From Dehalococcoidia bacterium (GTDB lineage: Bacteria; Chloroflexota; Dehalococcoidia; GIF9; UBA5629): 64,000 nucleotides of DNA. Location: contig JBEKIW010000002.1 of NCBI GenBank assembly GCA_050011565.1, positions 96,001 to 160,000 on the forward strand. The letters are read 5' to 3'. Below are positions 10,501-19,124 of this stretch, piece by piece. Position numbers and translations under genes: made by a program. The notes under the pieces were generated by a model. The model was not told the DNA's origin. It did not search any database and saw only the letters and a list, made by a program, of their open reading frames with translations. How positions within the stretch are numbered: position 1 is the first letter of the stretch; each line of letters starts with the position of its first letter.

Positions 10501-11233
10501 CTCTGGGGTCCGTAGAAGTCCGACCCAACATCTGGTCAAGAGTCAAGCCAAGTATCCTTTCCGCCGCAGGGTTTGCCGAGAATATTTTGCCATCGGCAGA
10601 CTGATACACAACCCCCTGTGCCATAGTTTCAAAGAGGGTGCGGTATTTTTCTTCGGATTGCCGCAGCGTCTCCTCAGCTTTCCTGCGCTCGGTGATGTCA
10701 ATAACGGCAGTTCTAAATTGGTTTATGTTCCCATCCTTTTCTGGCATGCCCATGCTTATCAGTTGAGCAGGGAATAGGGTGCCATCGGCTTTCAGCATCT
10801 TGAGCTCACAGTTGCCTTTGATGCCGGTTTTGAGCACTTCTCTCCAGTGGAAGTAGAACGCATCCTGAGAATCTGGCGAAATAGACGAAGTGAATTGAGT
10901 CCCTATCAATCTATGTTTTTCACTCCCCAGTAGCTCACTGCCGGCAAGATTCACATCTACGATCAGACTATTGTGGTCAAGAGTGAAATACCCAGTTGGT
11001 GCGAAATCATACAGATTCAGATACCTATCCCGTGCCTCCTGCAGTTCAAGTTGAGTTCGGCGAAGCTCCTCATTCTGCAATTCCAGTTCAATCTGGTATA
11101 CGTTGAGCTCCTGAACTAGCTTCTGAATATCAGCAGGCACCATGGTTAGAATAGCCTGAGGGCCTTCAGCCAGCATTTTTTCTGCTCGTTTGCGTAGTTC
11201 AGCGGCTCTTGCTTTGTCTTTTTCCTTCGCCAT
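7586..11233 (-). CDS. Cytoplasmic hybrid sensor histidine kinase (6 PAS + HisKA + HATPase + REC)
   Basis: Six PAS/PAC units ending DITE-like; AHEINNPL H-box; DNGPG, FDPFFTT, GTGLGL; ILVVDDE..DIKMP..KPF. Confidence 0.95.
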   Translation of the reverse strand: MAKEKDKARAAELRKRAEKMLAEGPQAILTMVPADIQKLVQELNVYQIELELQNEELRRTQLELQEARDRYLNLYDFAPTGYFTLDHNSLIVDVNLAGSELLGSEKHRLIGTQFTSSISPDSQDAFYFHWREVLKTGIKGNCELKMLKADGTLFPAQLISMGMPEKDGNINQFRTAVIDITERRKAEETLRQSEEKYRTLFETMAQGVVYQSADGKIFSANPAAERILGLTLDQMLGRTSTDPRGKAIHEDGSDFPGETHPSIIALKTGNEVKDVVMGVFNPGDEQYHWINIYATPQFRPGKSKPYQGYTTFADITEHKQADEALREAKEFSESLITSARDGISVLDNHGVHIDVNPALCEMTGFLREELIGVGPPHPYWPPEQYEEIDRAFQKTMAGDFADLDLTFMRKNGERFPVIVSPAWIKDRQGNVISYFATVKDITERKQMEEALKESEEKYHYLAENASDIIGIVDTNLRCTYMSPSVTKVRGYTVEEAMAQSLEELFTPSSAETAVKAFTEELAIESLESKDLSRVQTLELEFTCKNGSTVWCEVKASLIRDADGQPVGILAAARETTERRKSEEALRRSEERYRGILEDMEESYYETDLAGNFTVFNDALCRHLGYSREEMMGMNYLVFTPPEDVKRVSQASNQVYRTGEPVELFPREMIRKDGSRTFTETSIFPLRNEGGEIIGWRGVGRDVTERKWAEEALRQSEERYRTILEEIEDSYFEVDLAGNLTFINDAVCHHLGYPREELLGMNYRGFTAEENIEHVYQAFNEVYRTGEPNKGFLWGLIRKDGSIGFADASVSLLRSQGGEIIGFRGVGRDITERKMAEEKRMQLELKAQISSRLASVGEMAAGVAHEINNPLTAVTGYAQLLVGREDIPSDIRSDLEAINDGARRVAGIVRTLLAFSRQTKPQRKLADINELIESTLVLRAYHLRVNNIEVVTRLAPDVLETVVDPGQIQQVLLNLIVNAEMEMKLAHGKGRLTITTEKSDNTIKICVKDNGPGIMPEVMDKIFDPFFTTREVGQGTGLGLSLCYGIITEHKGKIYAESKPGKGATFIVELPVATEAKPPKPAEPIVKKPKKAVKARILVVDDEQVVRDVVNRVLTGEGHKVDTVDNAVDALKKIESKRYKLILVDIKMPGINGVTLYKRIQKIDKSLARRVVFITGDVMGADTEKFLSETKVAHIDKPFDAEQLSREVQRTLTAGR

Positions 11234-11289
11234 TTTACCCCCCGTCCAGACAGAGTATCTTGCGATGTTTTACTGAAAAACTTCTAGCC

Positions 11290-14200
11290 TTATGAAACCC
11301 CCTTTTTATGCTGCTTTTGCTCTGTGATGTCTTCCATGGCAAGTAATATCATCGGCTCGTGCCCCTTAACCGGCTGAATTCTGCGTGCATTGAGCAATAT
11401 CGTCTTGTGCCCGACAGTGGGGAAAAAGTGGTCAACTTCATAGTCATTAAAGTGGGCCTTCTCAGGCAAGATATCTTCCAGAAGCTCCCTTAGCTTGGGA
11501 ATATCCCATTGTCGGTTACCTATCTCGTAGATAAGTTTTTTCTCTGTGTCCTCTTTGCTGACCTGGAACATATTATAGAAGGCATTGTTTGCCGAGATAA
11601 TCCGAAGGCCTCCGCTTAACACTATCAGCGGCTCACGCACCGTATTTGCGATGCTCTCGGCAACCTCCTGGGCAGCTTCGGCTACGGCAAGCTCTTTGGC
11701 GGCTTTGGCTGCGGCAAGCTCTTTGGCGGCTTTGGCTACGGCAAGCTCTTTGGCGGCTTTGGCTGCGGCAACCTCTCGGGCAGCTTTTTTCTCTTCCGTG
11801 ATATCTACCATAGTCAATACGAGACCTTGAATGACATTTCCCACAGTGCGATAGGGCAAAATGTGCAGCGTATATGAGCGTGCGTCCTTGGCTTGCACTT
11901 CTATTGACTTCGGGACCAGCCTATCAAGCACCTTATTCAAATCTTCATCAAGTTTATCGTATAATAGGTTCGATGTTACGTGGTGGATGGGCCGGCCGAT
12001 ATCAGATTCTATAAGATTGAATATAGTGGTTGTTGCCGGGGTAAAACGCCTGATGTGCAGGTTCATGTCCAGGAATATGCTTGCAATTTGTGTGCTATTT
12101 AGCAGGTTATTCAAATCATCATTCGTCTTGGACAATTCAACGGCTTTCTCCTGAAGCTCTGCGTTCACCGTCATCAATTCCTCGTTAGTCGATTGCAATT
12201 CCTCTCTGGATGTCTCTAGCTCCTCGTTGGTGCTTTGGAATTCTTCGTTGGATTTTTCCATCTCTTCCCGGGTGGTAGAGAGGGTTTCTTTGCTCAATGC
12301 CAGTTCCTGATCCAGTTCCACAATACGCTTATGGCTCCTTGTTGACCGAGCGCGCTTCGTTTTGGTTGGTGCTTCCGGCTCAGGAGAAGTCACAGTTTGG
12401 AACATGACGCTACATAACTTTTGCATTCCCGCCAAGCCAGCGATTGGACTTACTTTCAGGTCAACTAACTGGATATTGTCATCCTGCTTCACTTCAATCT
12501 TATAGCAGCTAGTTTCTTGGTCTTTAAGGAACACTGTACGAAGAGCAGACGCTAGTTCCGCCCTTAGACCTTCTCGAGCCATATCCAGGATGTTCATTTT
12601 AAGCGGTCCGGTTGGAAGTTCCAGGTACTTGCCGGTTTGGCCATGAACGTAGAGCACATCGTAGCTTTGGTCGACGACAACACATGCCGGGGTGTATTTC
12701 TGCAGAAGTATTTTGTTGACTATTTCCGCAATGTTGAATGGCTTGGCCGTATCGCTTTTCGGCTCGCCGCCTGTCTCTGCGGGCTCTCTCTGAAAAGCTA
12801 TAGGGCCAATTTGCATCTGCTGCTTCTTTAGAAGAGTCACTTCCCTGCGTTGGTAGATCTTCCATCTTTTATCAAGAACCGAGAAGAGGTCTGAGTGTTT
12901 TCCTATGGTCTCAGCAGAGCCCAGGAAGAGAATTCCATCTTTGTTTAAGGAGTAGTATAGAAGAGGCACTAGCCTCGCCTGCAAATCGCTGTTCAGGTAG
13001 ATCAGCAGATTGCGGCAGCAAATCAAATCCACCTTTGAGAAGGGAGGGTCCTTGATGATGTCTTGAACAGCGAAGATCACCCTTTCTCTGATTTCTCTTT
13101 TAATAATATATGTATCCTCAGTCTGTATAAAGAAGCGGTGTAAACGTTCCGGCGACACATCAGCACAAATACCAATCGGGTAAATGCCACTACGGGCTCT
13201 GTCAATGGCAGCATCATCTATGTCTGTAGCAAAGACCTGTATATCGATGCCTTGATTCAGCTCACCCAGACACTCTATGACAATCATGGTTATAGAGTAT
13301 GCCTCCTCGCCGGTGGCACAACCGGGAACCCATATTCGGAGCGGTGATCTTGAGGACCTCTCGGAAATCAAGGTTTTCACACGGCTCTTAAGAGCCACAA
13401 AAGCTTCTTTGTCCCGGAAAGACTGGGTAACGCTGATTAGTAAATCGCTAAAGAGAGCTTGCGCTTCCGCCGGGTGCTGCTCCAGAAAGCTAACATATCT
13501 TGCAATATTGTCTATCTGGTTAATGGTCATTCGCCTCTCTATCCGCCGGTTCAACGTTGCTGGTTTGTATTGGGAGAAGTCATGCTTGGTGTACTGCCGC
13601 AATAGCAAGAAGACCTTTGCTAAATAATCGGGGAGTGTGACTGTAGCTGTTGGACGTTCTTCAATAAATTCCTTTTTAGAGTATCCGGCAAGCGAAAACA
13701 ACCGAGCCGGCATTTCTGACGGGCGCAAAACAAAGTCGGCAAGACCGCTATCTATCGCTTGTCTCGGCATCCCATCATACTTAGCTGAACTGGGCTCTTG
13801 CACTATAGCCAGACCAGTTTCACCCCTTATTTCTCTTAAGCCCAGGGTACCGTCCGTTCCGCTTCCAGAAAGAATGATGCCAATAGCCGCTCTCCCCCTA
13901 TCTTGAGCCAATGCCCGAAGAAAGAAATTAATGGGGAGCCTTAAGCCATGTGGTTCTGGTATTTCCAACAAAATCAAATTACCGTGTAATATGCCCATGT
14001 TCTTGTTTGGCGGAATGACGTATATATTGTTAGGTTTGACTCCCATCCCATCTTTTGTCTGATAGACAGGCATATCCGTACATTTCTGCAAGAGTTCAGG
14101 CAGTATGCTGACGTGGGACGGGTCTAAATGTGATACCACGACAAATCCCATACCGGTGTCTGACGGCATATTAGTAAATAGTTCTTGCAAAGCCTCCAGC

Positions 14201-14358
14201 CCACCAGCAGAAGCCCCTATACCAACGATAGGAAAATCGGTTTTCCCTTTCTGGCTGAGAGGAGTAGCTTTTCTGACCGGTACAGTTGCAGGGGATTCCT
14301 CTGTTTTGCTAGAGGCCTGCTTGGTTTTTGGCTTCGCCCTGTCTCTTTTTATCGCCAT
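11290..14358 (-). CDS. CheB methylesterase-CheR methyltransferase-PAS fusion
   Basis: GASAGG, SHL, GSGTDG (CheB triad); GCATGEEAYS, ATDID, CRNLLIY (CheR); EELQSTNEEL coiled coil; PAS domains. Confidence 0.95.
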   Translation of the reverse strand: MAIKRDRAKPKTKQASSKTEESPATVPVRKATPLSQKGKTDFPIVGIGASAGGLEALQELFTNMPSDTGMGFVVVSHLDPSHVSILPELLQKCTDMPVYQTKDGMGVKPNNIYVIPPNKNMGILHGNLILLEIPEPHGLRLPINFFLRALAQDRGRAAIGIILSGSGTDGTLGLREIRGETGLAIVQEPSSAKYDGMPRQAIDSGLADFVLRPSEMPARLFSLAGYSKKEFIEERPTATVTLPDYLAKVFLLLRQYTKHDFSQYKPATLNRRIERRMTINQIDNIARYVSFLEQHPAEAQALFSDLLISVTQSFRDKEAFVALKSRVKTLISERSSRSPLRIWVPGCATGEEAYSITMIVIECLGELNQGIDIQVFATDIDDAAIDRARSGIYPIGICADVSPERLHRFFIQTEDTYIIKREIRERVIFAVQDIIKDPPFSKVDLICCRNLLIYLNSDLQARLVPLLYYSLNKDGILFLGSAETIGKHSDLFSVLDKRWKIYQRREVTLLKKQQMQIGPIAFQREPAETGGEPKSDTAKPFNIAEIVNKILLQKYTPACVVVDQSYDVLYVHGQTGKYLELPTGPLKMNILDMAREGLRAELASALRTVFLKDQETSCYKIEVKQDDNIQLVDLKVSPIAGLAGMQKLCSVMFQTVTSPEPEAPTKTKRARSTRSHKRIVELDQELALSKETLSTTREEMEKSNEEFQSTNEELETSREELQSTNEELMTVNAELQEKAVELSKTNDDLNNLLNSTQIASIFLDMNLHIRRFTPATTTIFNLIESDIGRPIHHVTSNLLYDKLDEDLNKVLDRLVPKSIEVQAKDARSYTLHILPYRTVGNVIQGLVLTMVDITEEKKAAREVAAAKAAKELAVAKAAKELAAAKAAKELAVAEAAQEVAESIANTVREPLIVLSGGLRIISANNAFYNMFQVSKEDTEKKLIYEIGNRQWDIPKLRELLEDILPEKAHFNDYEVDHFFPTVGHKTILLNARRIQPVKGHEPMILLAMEDITEQKQHKKGVS
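11653..11787. repeat. In-frame 27-bp tandem repeat (3 near-identical and 2 degenerate units)
   Basis: GGCT(A/G)CGGCAAGCTCTTTGGCGGCTTT at 11680, 11707, 11734; degenerate units at 11653 and 11761; encodes KAAKELA(A/V)A. Confidence 0.9.
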
Positions 14359-14425
14359 TACAAAATCACCTCATACTTGTTCCACAAGCACGTTACCTGA
14401 ATCCTGTCTCAAACTGAAGTACTGA

Positions 14426-14456
14426 CAAGGGCACTAAAGCTACTTTAGTGCCCTTG
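14426..14456. repeat. Perfect 14-bp inverted repeat
   Basis: CAAGGGCACTAAAG-cta-CTTTAGTGCCCTTG. Confidence 0.85.
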
Positions 14457-14814
14457 CTTCACCCCCACATCTCCTTAAACTTGCACTAAGAGGGGGAAAG
14501 AGTTCTGCCAAACCTAAATCGAATTCCGAGGGCGCTACATGGAGGTTTTCCACATCCGTCTCCAGTATCACCCGGGTTATGGAGACCCCTTCATGACCAT
14601 CACACCGGTCCAAGACCGCGTCGTACATTGAGCGTTCTAGTGCCATCAGGTCAATGCCCAAGCCTGATGTTGCATTGGCCTGGGGATCAAAATCTACCAC
14701 CAGCACCTTGTTGCCGCTTTTGGCGAGGTCGCCAGCGACGCTGAGGTACGAAGTGGTCTTTCCACCACCCCCTTTGTGACTAGTGAAAGCTATACATTGC
14801 GCAGTTTTTGACAT
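14440..14814 (-). pseudogene. Truncated ParA/Soj-family ATPase (N-terminal half only)
   Basis: KGGGGKTT deviant Walker A and VLVVDFDPQANATSGLG; similarity ends after APSEFDL; no Walker B (DxPP) region. Confidence 0.75.
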
Positions 14815-14818
14815 TCTC

Positions 14819-15010
14819 TTAGCTTACCTCGGTTTTTGACAGCCACACATCAACGGTATCTTTACGGAAACGTAGCTGCCGGCCTACCTTGCTTACTGGT
14901 ATTTGCTTCTGCCTAACTAAACGATAAACACTTGCCTTTGAAATTCGCAGATATTCGGCAAGCTCGGGGGTAGTCATCAATTCTGACTTTCTTTCGTTTG
15001 AAACTTCCAT
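14819..15010 (-). CDS. Excisionase-like HTH (HTH_17/MerR-type) DNA-binding protein
   Basis: LMTTPELAEYLRISKASVYRLVRQKQIP..KVGRQLRF. Confidence 0.85.
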   Translation of the reverse strand: MEVSNERKSELMTTPELAEYLRISKASVYRLVRQKQIPVSKVGRQLRFRKDTVDVWLSKTEVS

Positions 15011-15430
15011 TGGCTCTATTTTCCCCTTTTTTAGCAGTATTGAACAATATTGCGCTCTACCTAAATTAGAGAATCACTATTGGTTAACAGTATGCATAAT
15101 ATATCAATAGCAAACAGATGCTGGAAAGACCCATTTTGGCTATTTCTTATCAGGACTTTAGTCACACACCCGACGCTCCTATACACTCAAGAGATGTGAG
15201 ATTGCTTGAAAAGCCTCGGTAGCAGGTCAATGTGCACGAGTCGAGACCGCTAGCCACCAAGTGGAACAAGTAAATCAACTTTCGGAATTAACTTAACGCT
15301 TGTTTTTTCAATTTGGAAATTAAGGGCACTTCAATGGTGAACCATGTGCTCCCGTACGTATGATTCATTTCTCGCTTTTCTACAGTCCAGCTGAATATGT
15401 GATTTACCGGGGTAACAAATAGGCTCTGAC

Positions 15431-15596
15431 GAGATTGCCACGCGGAGTTTATCCTGAGGGAGATTCTTCGCGGCGTTTACCCTGAGTGAGATTCTTCAGT
15501 CACTTCGTTCCTTCAGAATGACATTAACGAAGGGCTCAGAATGACAGTGGGGAAAGGGCACAGAGAATGGCAGAAAAGGCGAAGGGCTCGCAATGA
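15431..15596. repeat. Nested REP-like repeat cluster
   Basis: Three GAGATT heads (15431, 15460, 15488) and three AATGA(C) tails (15522, 15545, 15596). Confidence 0.7.
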
Positions 15597-15615
15597 TAGG
15601 AAGGAGTTGCTAAGC

Positions 15616-15646
15616 AAACAGGCTCCGAGGTTATCGGAGCCTGTTT
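15616..15646. terminator. Intrinsic terminator-like hairpin downstream of the glutamate synthase gene
   Basis: AAACAGGCTCCGA-ggtta-TCGGAGCCTGTTT, about 20 bp past the stop. Confidence 0.75.
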
Positions 15647-15665
15647 TATTTGAGCAATGCAAAAT

Positions 15666-17258
15666 CTAGCTGGTGAGAATCTTGACTGCTTCTTTCCTGT
15701 AGGCATCCATGAGATAGGGTATGCCGGTGACCTTGGCACACTCATCGGTCAGAGACATCAGCTCATTGCGCGTAATCGCGGGCACGCTGAAGCACCTGGC
15801 GCCGGCCATCAACTGCTGTAAGCCAACCTTGATTTTGTCGGAGTAGCTGTAGATACCGATGGCGCCCAGTGGGATATTCTTCATTTCATTGGCGCCGACA
15901 ATGCTCTTTACCTGCTCGTAGCAGACGAATATTTCCTCGGGCGTCGAGCCGAACTGACTGACCGTATTCGGCAGCTTGCCATCCTTTATCCACTCGGCGA
16001 TGTTTTTACCGACCATGCCCGGAATCATCAAAGCCCGGCCCATGCACACCGCCTTGACAAAAGGTGCACCCAGAGCAAGTGCCTTGAATACACCGTCTTC
16101 GCTGCTGAAACCGCCGGCAAAGGCCATATCAGGCGGCCGTTGGCCTTTATCAGATAGTATCTTGGCGAACTCGTAAGCCGCCGAATGGAGATAGAGGCTG
16201 GGAATGCCCCACTCCTCCATCATCCGCCACGGGCTCATGCCGGTGCCACCCCCAGAGCCGTCTATGGTGAGCAGGTCTATTTTGGCTTTTGAGCCCCATT
16301 TTATAGCCATGGCCAGCTCACGCAGGCTGTAAGCGCCGGTCTTCAAGGTAACGCGTTTGAATCCCAGATTTCTCAGTCGCTTAACTTCGGCATAAAATCC
16401 TTCCTCATCGATGAAACCGAGGCGGCTGTGCCTTTCAAATTCCTTGAGTGCGCCTTCCCTGAAAGCTGCCTGATTAATGGGGTCCGAGGGGTCGGGGGTG
16501 ATGATATAGCCGCGCTTCTGTAGCTCCAGAGCTCGCTCCAGAGAGTTGACCTTGATTTCGCCGCCGATACATTTGGCGCCCTGCCCCCATTTCAATTCAA
16601 TGGTCTCAATACCGTGCTTTTTGATGATATATTCAGCGGTACCCAATCTGGTATCCTCGACGTTCATCTGCACCAGTATTTCACCGAAGCCCTGATGATA
16701 CCGCCGGTACACCTCTATTCGGCGGTCCATATCCGGCGCTGCAATAACTTTGCCCTTGGCATCGCGCTCCAGACGCGGGTCGATACCGCAAACATTTTCA
16801 CCGCAGACAAGCGTAACACCGCTAATGGCAGCGCCGACGGCAAAATGCTCCCAGTTTTTGCGCGCTATCTCTGTAGAGCCCAGAGCGCCGGTGAAAATAG
16901 GGACCTTCATCTTGACCTTTATGTCCCAGCCGTAATCGGTCTCTGTATTTACTAGCGGGAACAGAGCGGTATCCGGGTCGCCAACAACACCCTTGGGCAG
17001 CCCCCTGGCTCCCAGGGCATAGCCTTGGATGTTCAGATGCGAGTAATCAACGGGGTAGTCCTTATCGGCGCCGGCGGTTATTTCACCAAAGGGTCCAGGA
17101 TAGATTAATTCCCGTCCGCGGAAAGTGGCTTTGAAGACTTCACAGTTCCCCGTGCAGCCGTCGAGGCAGCGGGAGCAGATACCGCTTCCGGGGGCTACAC
17201 TTCTGGAGCGATTGGCGGTCCTGGTGGCTTCGTCTGAATTCGGTCGTTGTAAATTCAT
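15666..17258 (-). CDS. Glutamate synthase FMN-binding-domain family protein (stand-alone, N-terminal Cys cluster)
   Basis: IELKWGQGAK, IDGSGGGTGMSP, FKALALGA, MGRA motifs; CSRCLDGCTGNC; no glutaminase domain. Confidence 0.9.
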   Translation of the reverse strand: MNLQRPNSDEATRTANRSRSVAPGSGICSRCLDGCTGNCEVFKATFRGRELIYPGPFGEITAGADKDYPVDYSHLNIQGYALGARGLPKGVVGDPDTALFPLVNTETDYGWDIKVKMKVPIFTGALGSTEIARKNWEHFAVGAAISGVTLVCGENVCGIDPRLERDAKGKVIAAPDMDRRIEVYRRYHQGFGEILVQMNVEDTRLGTAEYIIKKHGIETIELKWGQGAKCIGGEIKVNSLERALELQKRGYIITPDPSDPINQAAFREGALKEFERHSRLGFIDEEGFYAEVKRLRNLGFKRVTLKTGAYSLRELAMAIKWGSKAKIDLLTIDGSGGGTGMSPWRMMEEWGIPSLYLHSAAYEFAKILSDKGQRPPDMAFAGGFSSEDGVFKALALGAPFVKAVCMGRALMIPGMVGKNIAEWIKDGKLPNTVSQFGSTPEEIFVCYEQVKSIVGANEMKNIPLGAIGIYSYSDKIKVGLQQLMAGARCFSVPAITRNELMSLTDECAKVTGIPYLMDAYRKEAVKILTS

Positions 17259-17301
17259 TTTTCTTTACTCCTTTTTATTTTTGGTTTTTGCTTTTTTATC
17301 T

Positions 17302-18075
17302 TTAATTTATCTTTACCGGTATTCCCCTTTCCTTAAGGTATTTTTTGGCTTCAGGTATGGATATCTCACCGAAGTGAAAGATAGATGCCGCTAAAACTGC
17401 TGAGGCTTTGGCAACGGCTACCGCTTCATAAAGGTGCTCTAATGTACCGGCACCGCCTGAAGCCGTGACCGGTATACCTACGGCTTCGGCTACGGCTTTG
17501 GTCATCTCCAAATCGTACCCTTCCCTGGTACCGTCGGCATCCTTGCTGGTGAGCAGAATTTCGCCGGCACCCATTTTCTCCACCTTTTTTGCCCACTCGA
17601 CTATGTCCAGGCCTGTTGCTTCCGTGCCGCTTTTAACCACCACCTCAAGTCGGGGGCGACCGCTATTCTGCGGATTTTTAATGCCGTCGATGGCGACGAC
17701 AAGCCTCTGCTTGCCGAACTTCTTCGAGGCTTCCTTTATCAGGTCGGGATTTCTCACGGCAGCAGTGTTGATTGAGACCTTATTGACTCCGAGGTCGAAT
17801 AACTCTTTCATGTCTTTGGTGTCTCTGATGCCTCCGCCGACAGCAAAGGGGATGGTGACCTTGTCAGCGACTCTCTTGACCCATTCCAATCTGGTCCCCC
17901 TGTCTTCGGCACTGGCCATAATATCAAGGAATACCAGCTCATCCGCACCCTCCCGGCAATAAGCTTCGGCAGCCTCCACCGGGTCTCGGGCGTCCCTGAG
18001 GTTGACGAACTTTATGCCCTTGACTACCCTCCCCTCCTTGACATCCAGACAGGGTATGACTTTTACCACTTTCAA
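17302..18075 (-). CDS. hisF: Imidazole glycerol phosphate synthase cyclase subunit HisF or divergent paralog
   Basis: IPCLDVK.GRVVKG, DELVFLD, VGGGI, KVSINTAA, GEILLT, ASGGAG, LAASIFH. Confidence 0.85.
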   Translation of the reverse strand: MKVVKVIPCLDVKEGRVVKGIKFVNLRDARDPVEAAEAYCREGADELVFLDIMASAEDRGTRLEWVKRVADKVTIPFAVGGGIRDTKDMKELFDLGVNKVSINTAAVRNPDLIKEASKKFGKQRLVVAIDGIKNPQNSGRPRLEVVVKSGTEATGLDIVEWAKKVEKMGAGEILLTSKDADGTREGYDLEMTKAVAEAVGIPVTASGGAGTLEHLYEAVAVAKASAVLAASIFHFGEISIPEAKKYLKERGIPVKIN

Positions 18076-19076
18076 CTCATAACCTCCTCAAATTTAATTA
18101 ATTTCTGATATTCCGTGACCGTGCTCATGGCGTAGTTGTCGGCTTCTATACCCGCTTCCTCGGCGGCGGCTACGGGATTAAGTCCGCCTATGAAAATCAT
18201 TCCAATTCTGTTGAGCTCGACAGGGATTTCGCAGACCGGTTCGCTGGTGTTACCCATTATCATTAGCCCGCCTAAGCCTGCCTCTTTCAATCTGGAAACA
18301 ACGTCTTGAGCTGTAGGAAGGCACAAAGCAGGTATTTCGCGAAAGTTAGCCAGAATTTTACCGTTACCCGTTTTAGCAGCATCTCTTACCGAGGTCATCC
18401 TGGCTCTGATAAAAACCTCGGAAGGGTCGAGCGAGGAACCGGCATAGTGAATGAGCTCTACGAAGCGAAAAGGCTGGTGGTCTCGAATCTGCAGTATGCC
18501 ACCGAATCGGGAGTCCATGGGAACGCCGGCCTTGAGCAGCGTGCCGTTTATAACGATACTGCATACCGTTGCCAGCCCTATTTTCCCGCGAGGTACGATT
18601 AACTCACCCAACGGCTCTCCAGCACCAGCCACCACCACCAGGTCGCTAACACAAATACCGGCGTCGAAAATTGGCTTCATTGCCTGTAGCGCCTTTTCGA
18701 ACTTGGCTTTTGGAAAAAAGGAAACGTTAACTGGAACCAGACCGGTGCCTTTCTCCCAATCGAAATAAGTGCGGAAGGCGAGTAGTTCGATCCTGGCAAT
18801 GGCGAAGCCAACTTTGTCTCTAACCAGGGCATTGCTCAGTTCCTCAATGCCGAGTTCGGTGATTAACCGGCCGTCCCTGCTGACAAGCCTAGTCAAACCG
18901 CGCTCATCCATCAGTTTCAGGTGGTATCTGACGGCTCTTTCACCCAGGTTAACGCCGCGGTTTTTTAAATGTCTACCGATGACTCTGGCTCCCAACGGTT
19001 GCTGGGAATCGTTCAGTATCTTAAGGATAAGGTGCTCTTTTCGCTTAACTTCTTGAGTTTCGATGCCAATCATCAA
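18072..19076 (-). CDS. nrpR: NrpR-family nitrogen regulator (wHTH + one NRD/DUF128 domain)
   Basis: PLGARVI..LGERAVRYHL..MDERG, TVCS..INGTLLKAGVP, YAGSSLDP, GGLNPVAA. Confidence 0.88.
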   Translation of the reverse strand: MMIGIETQEVKRKEHLILKILNDSQQPLGARVIGRHLKNRGVNLGERAVRYHLKLMDERGLTRLVSRDGRLITELGIEELSNALVRDKVGFAIARIELLAFRTYFDWEKGTGLVPVNVSFFPKAKFEKALQAMKPIFDAGICVSDLVVVAGAGEPLGELIVPRGKIGLATVCSIVINGTLLKAGVPMDSRFGGILQIRDHQPFRFVELIHYAGSSLDPSEVFIRARMTSVRDAAKTGNGKILANFREIPALCLPTAQDVVSRLKEAGLGGLMIMGNTSEPVCEIPVELNRIGMIFIGGLNPVAAAEEAGIEADNYAMSTVTEYQKLIKFEEVMS

Positions 19077-19106
19077 AATAGCTACTGAAGTTGATATTTA
19101 AGGCCG

Positions 19107-19124
19107 TAGGAAACCGTTTGCCTA
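19107..19124. promoter_or_regulatory. Putative NrpR operator
   Basis: TAGGAAACCGTTTGCCTA = GGAA-N6-TGCC, one mismatch to the Methanococcus NrpR operator GGAA-N6-TTCC; directly downstream of the -10 box. Confidence 0.7.

Noticed and set aside
11653-11787. CRISPR array
   Set aside because: Head-to-tail repeats without spacers, inside a CDS; no cas genes
14440-14442. Pyrrolysine readthrough of the ParA TAG
   Set aside because: Another in-frame TAG follows two codons later, and ParA similarity is already lost
15236-15260. ..GCTAGCCACCA as a tRNA 3' fragment
   Set aside because: No valid T-arm upstream; likely chance
15333-15422. TGGTGAACC.. as a third att scar with frame GEPCAPVRMIHFSLFYSPAEYVIYRGNK*
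   Set aside because: The reverse complement does not fit T-stem/acceptor geometry and no island-like cargo follows
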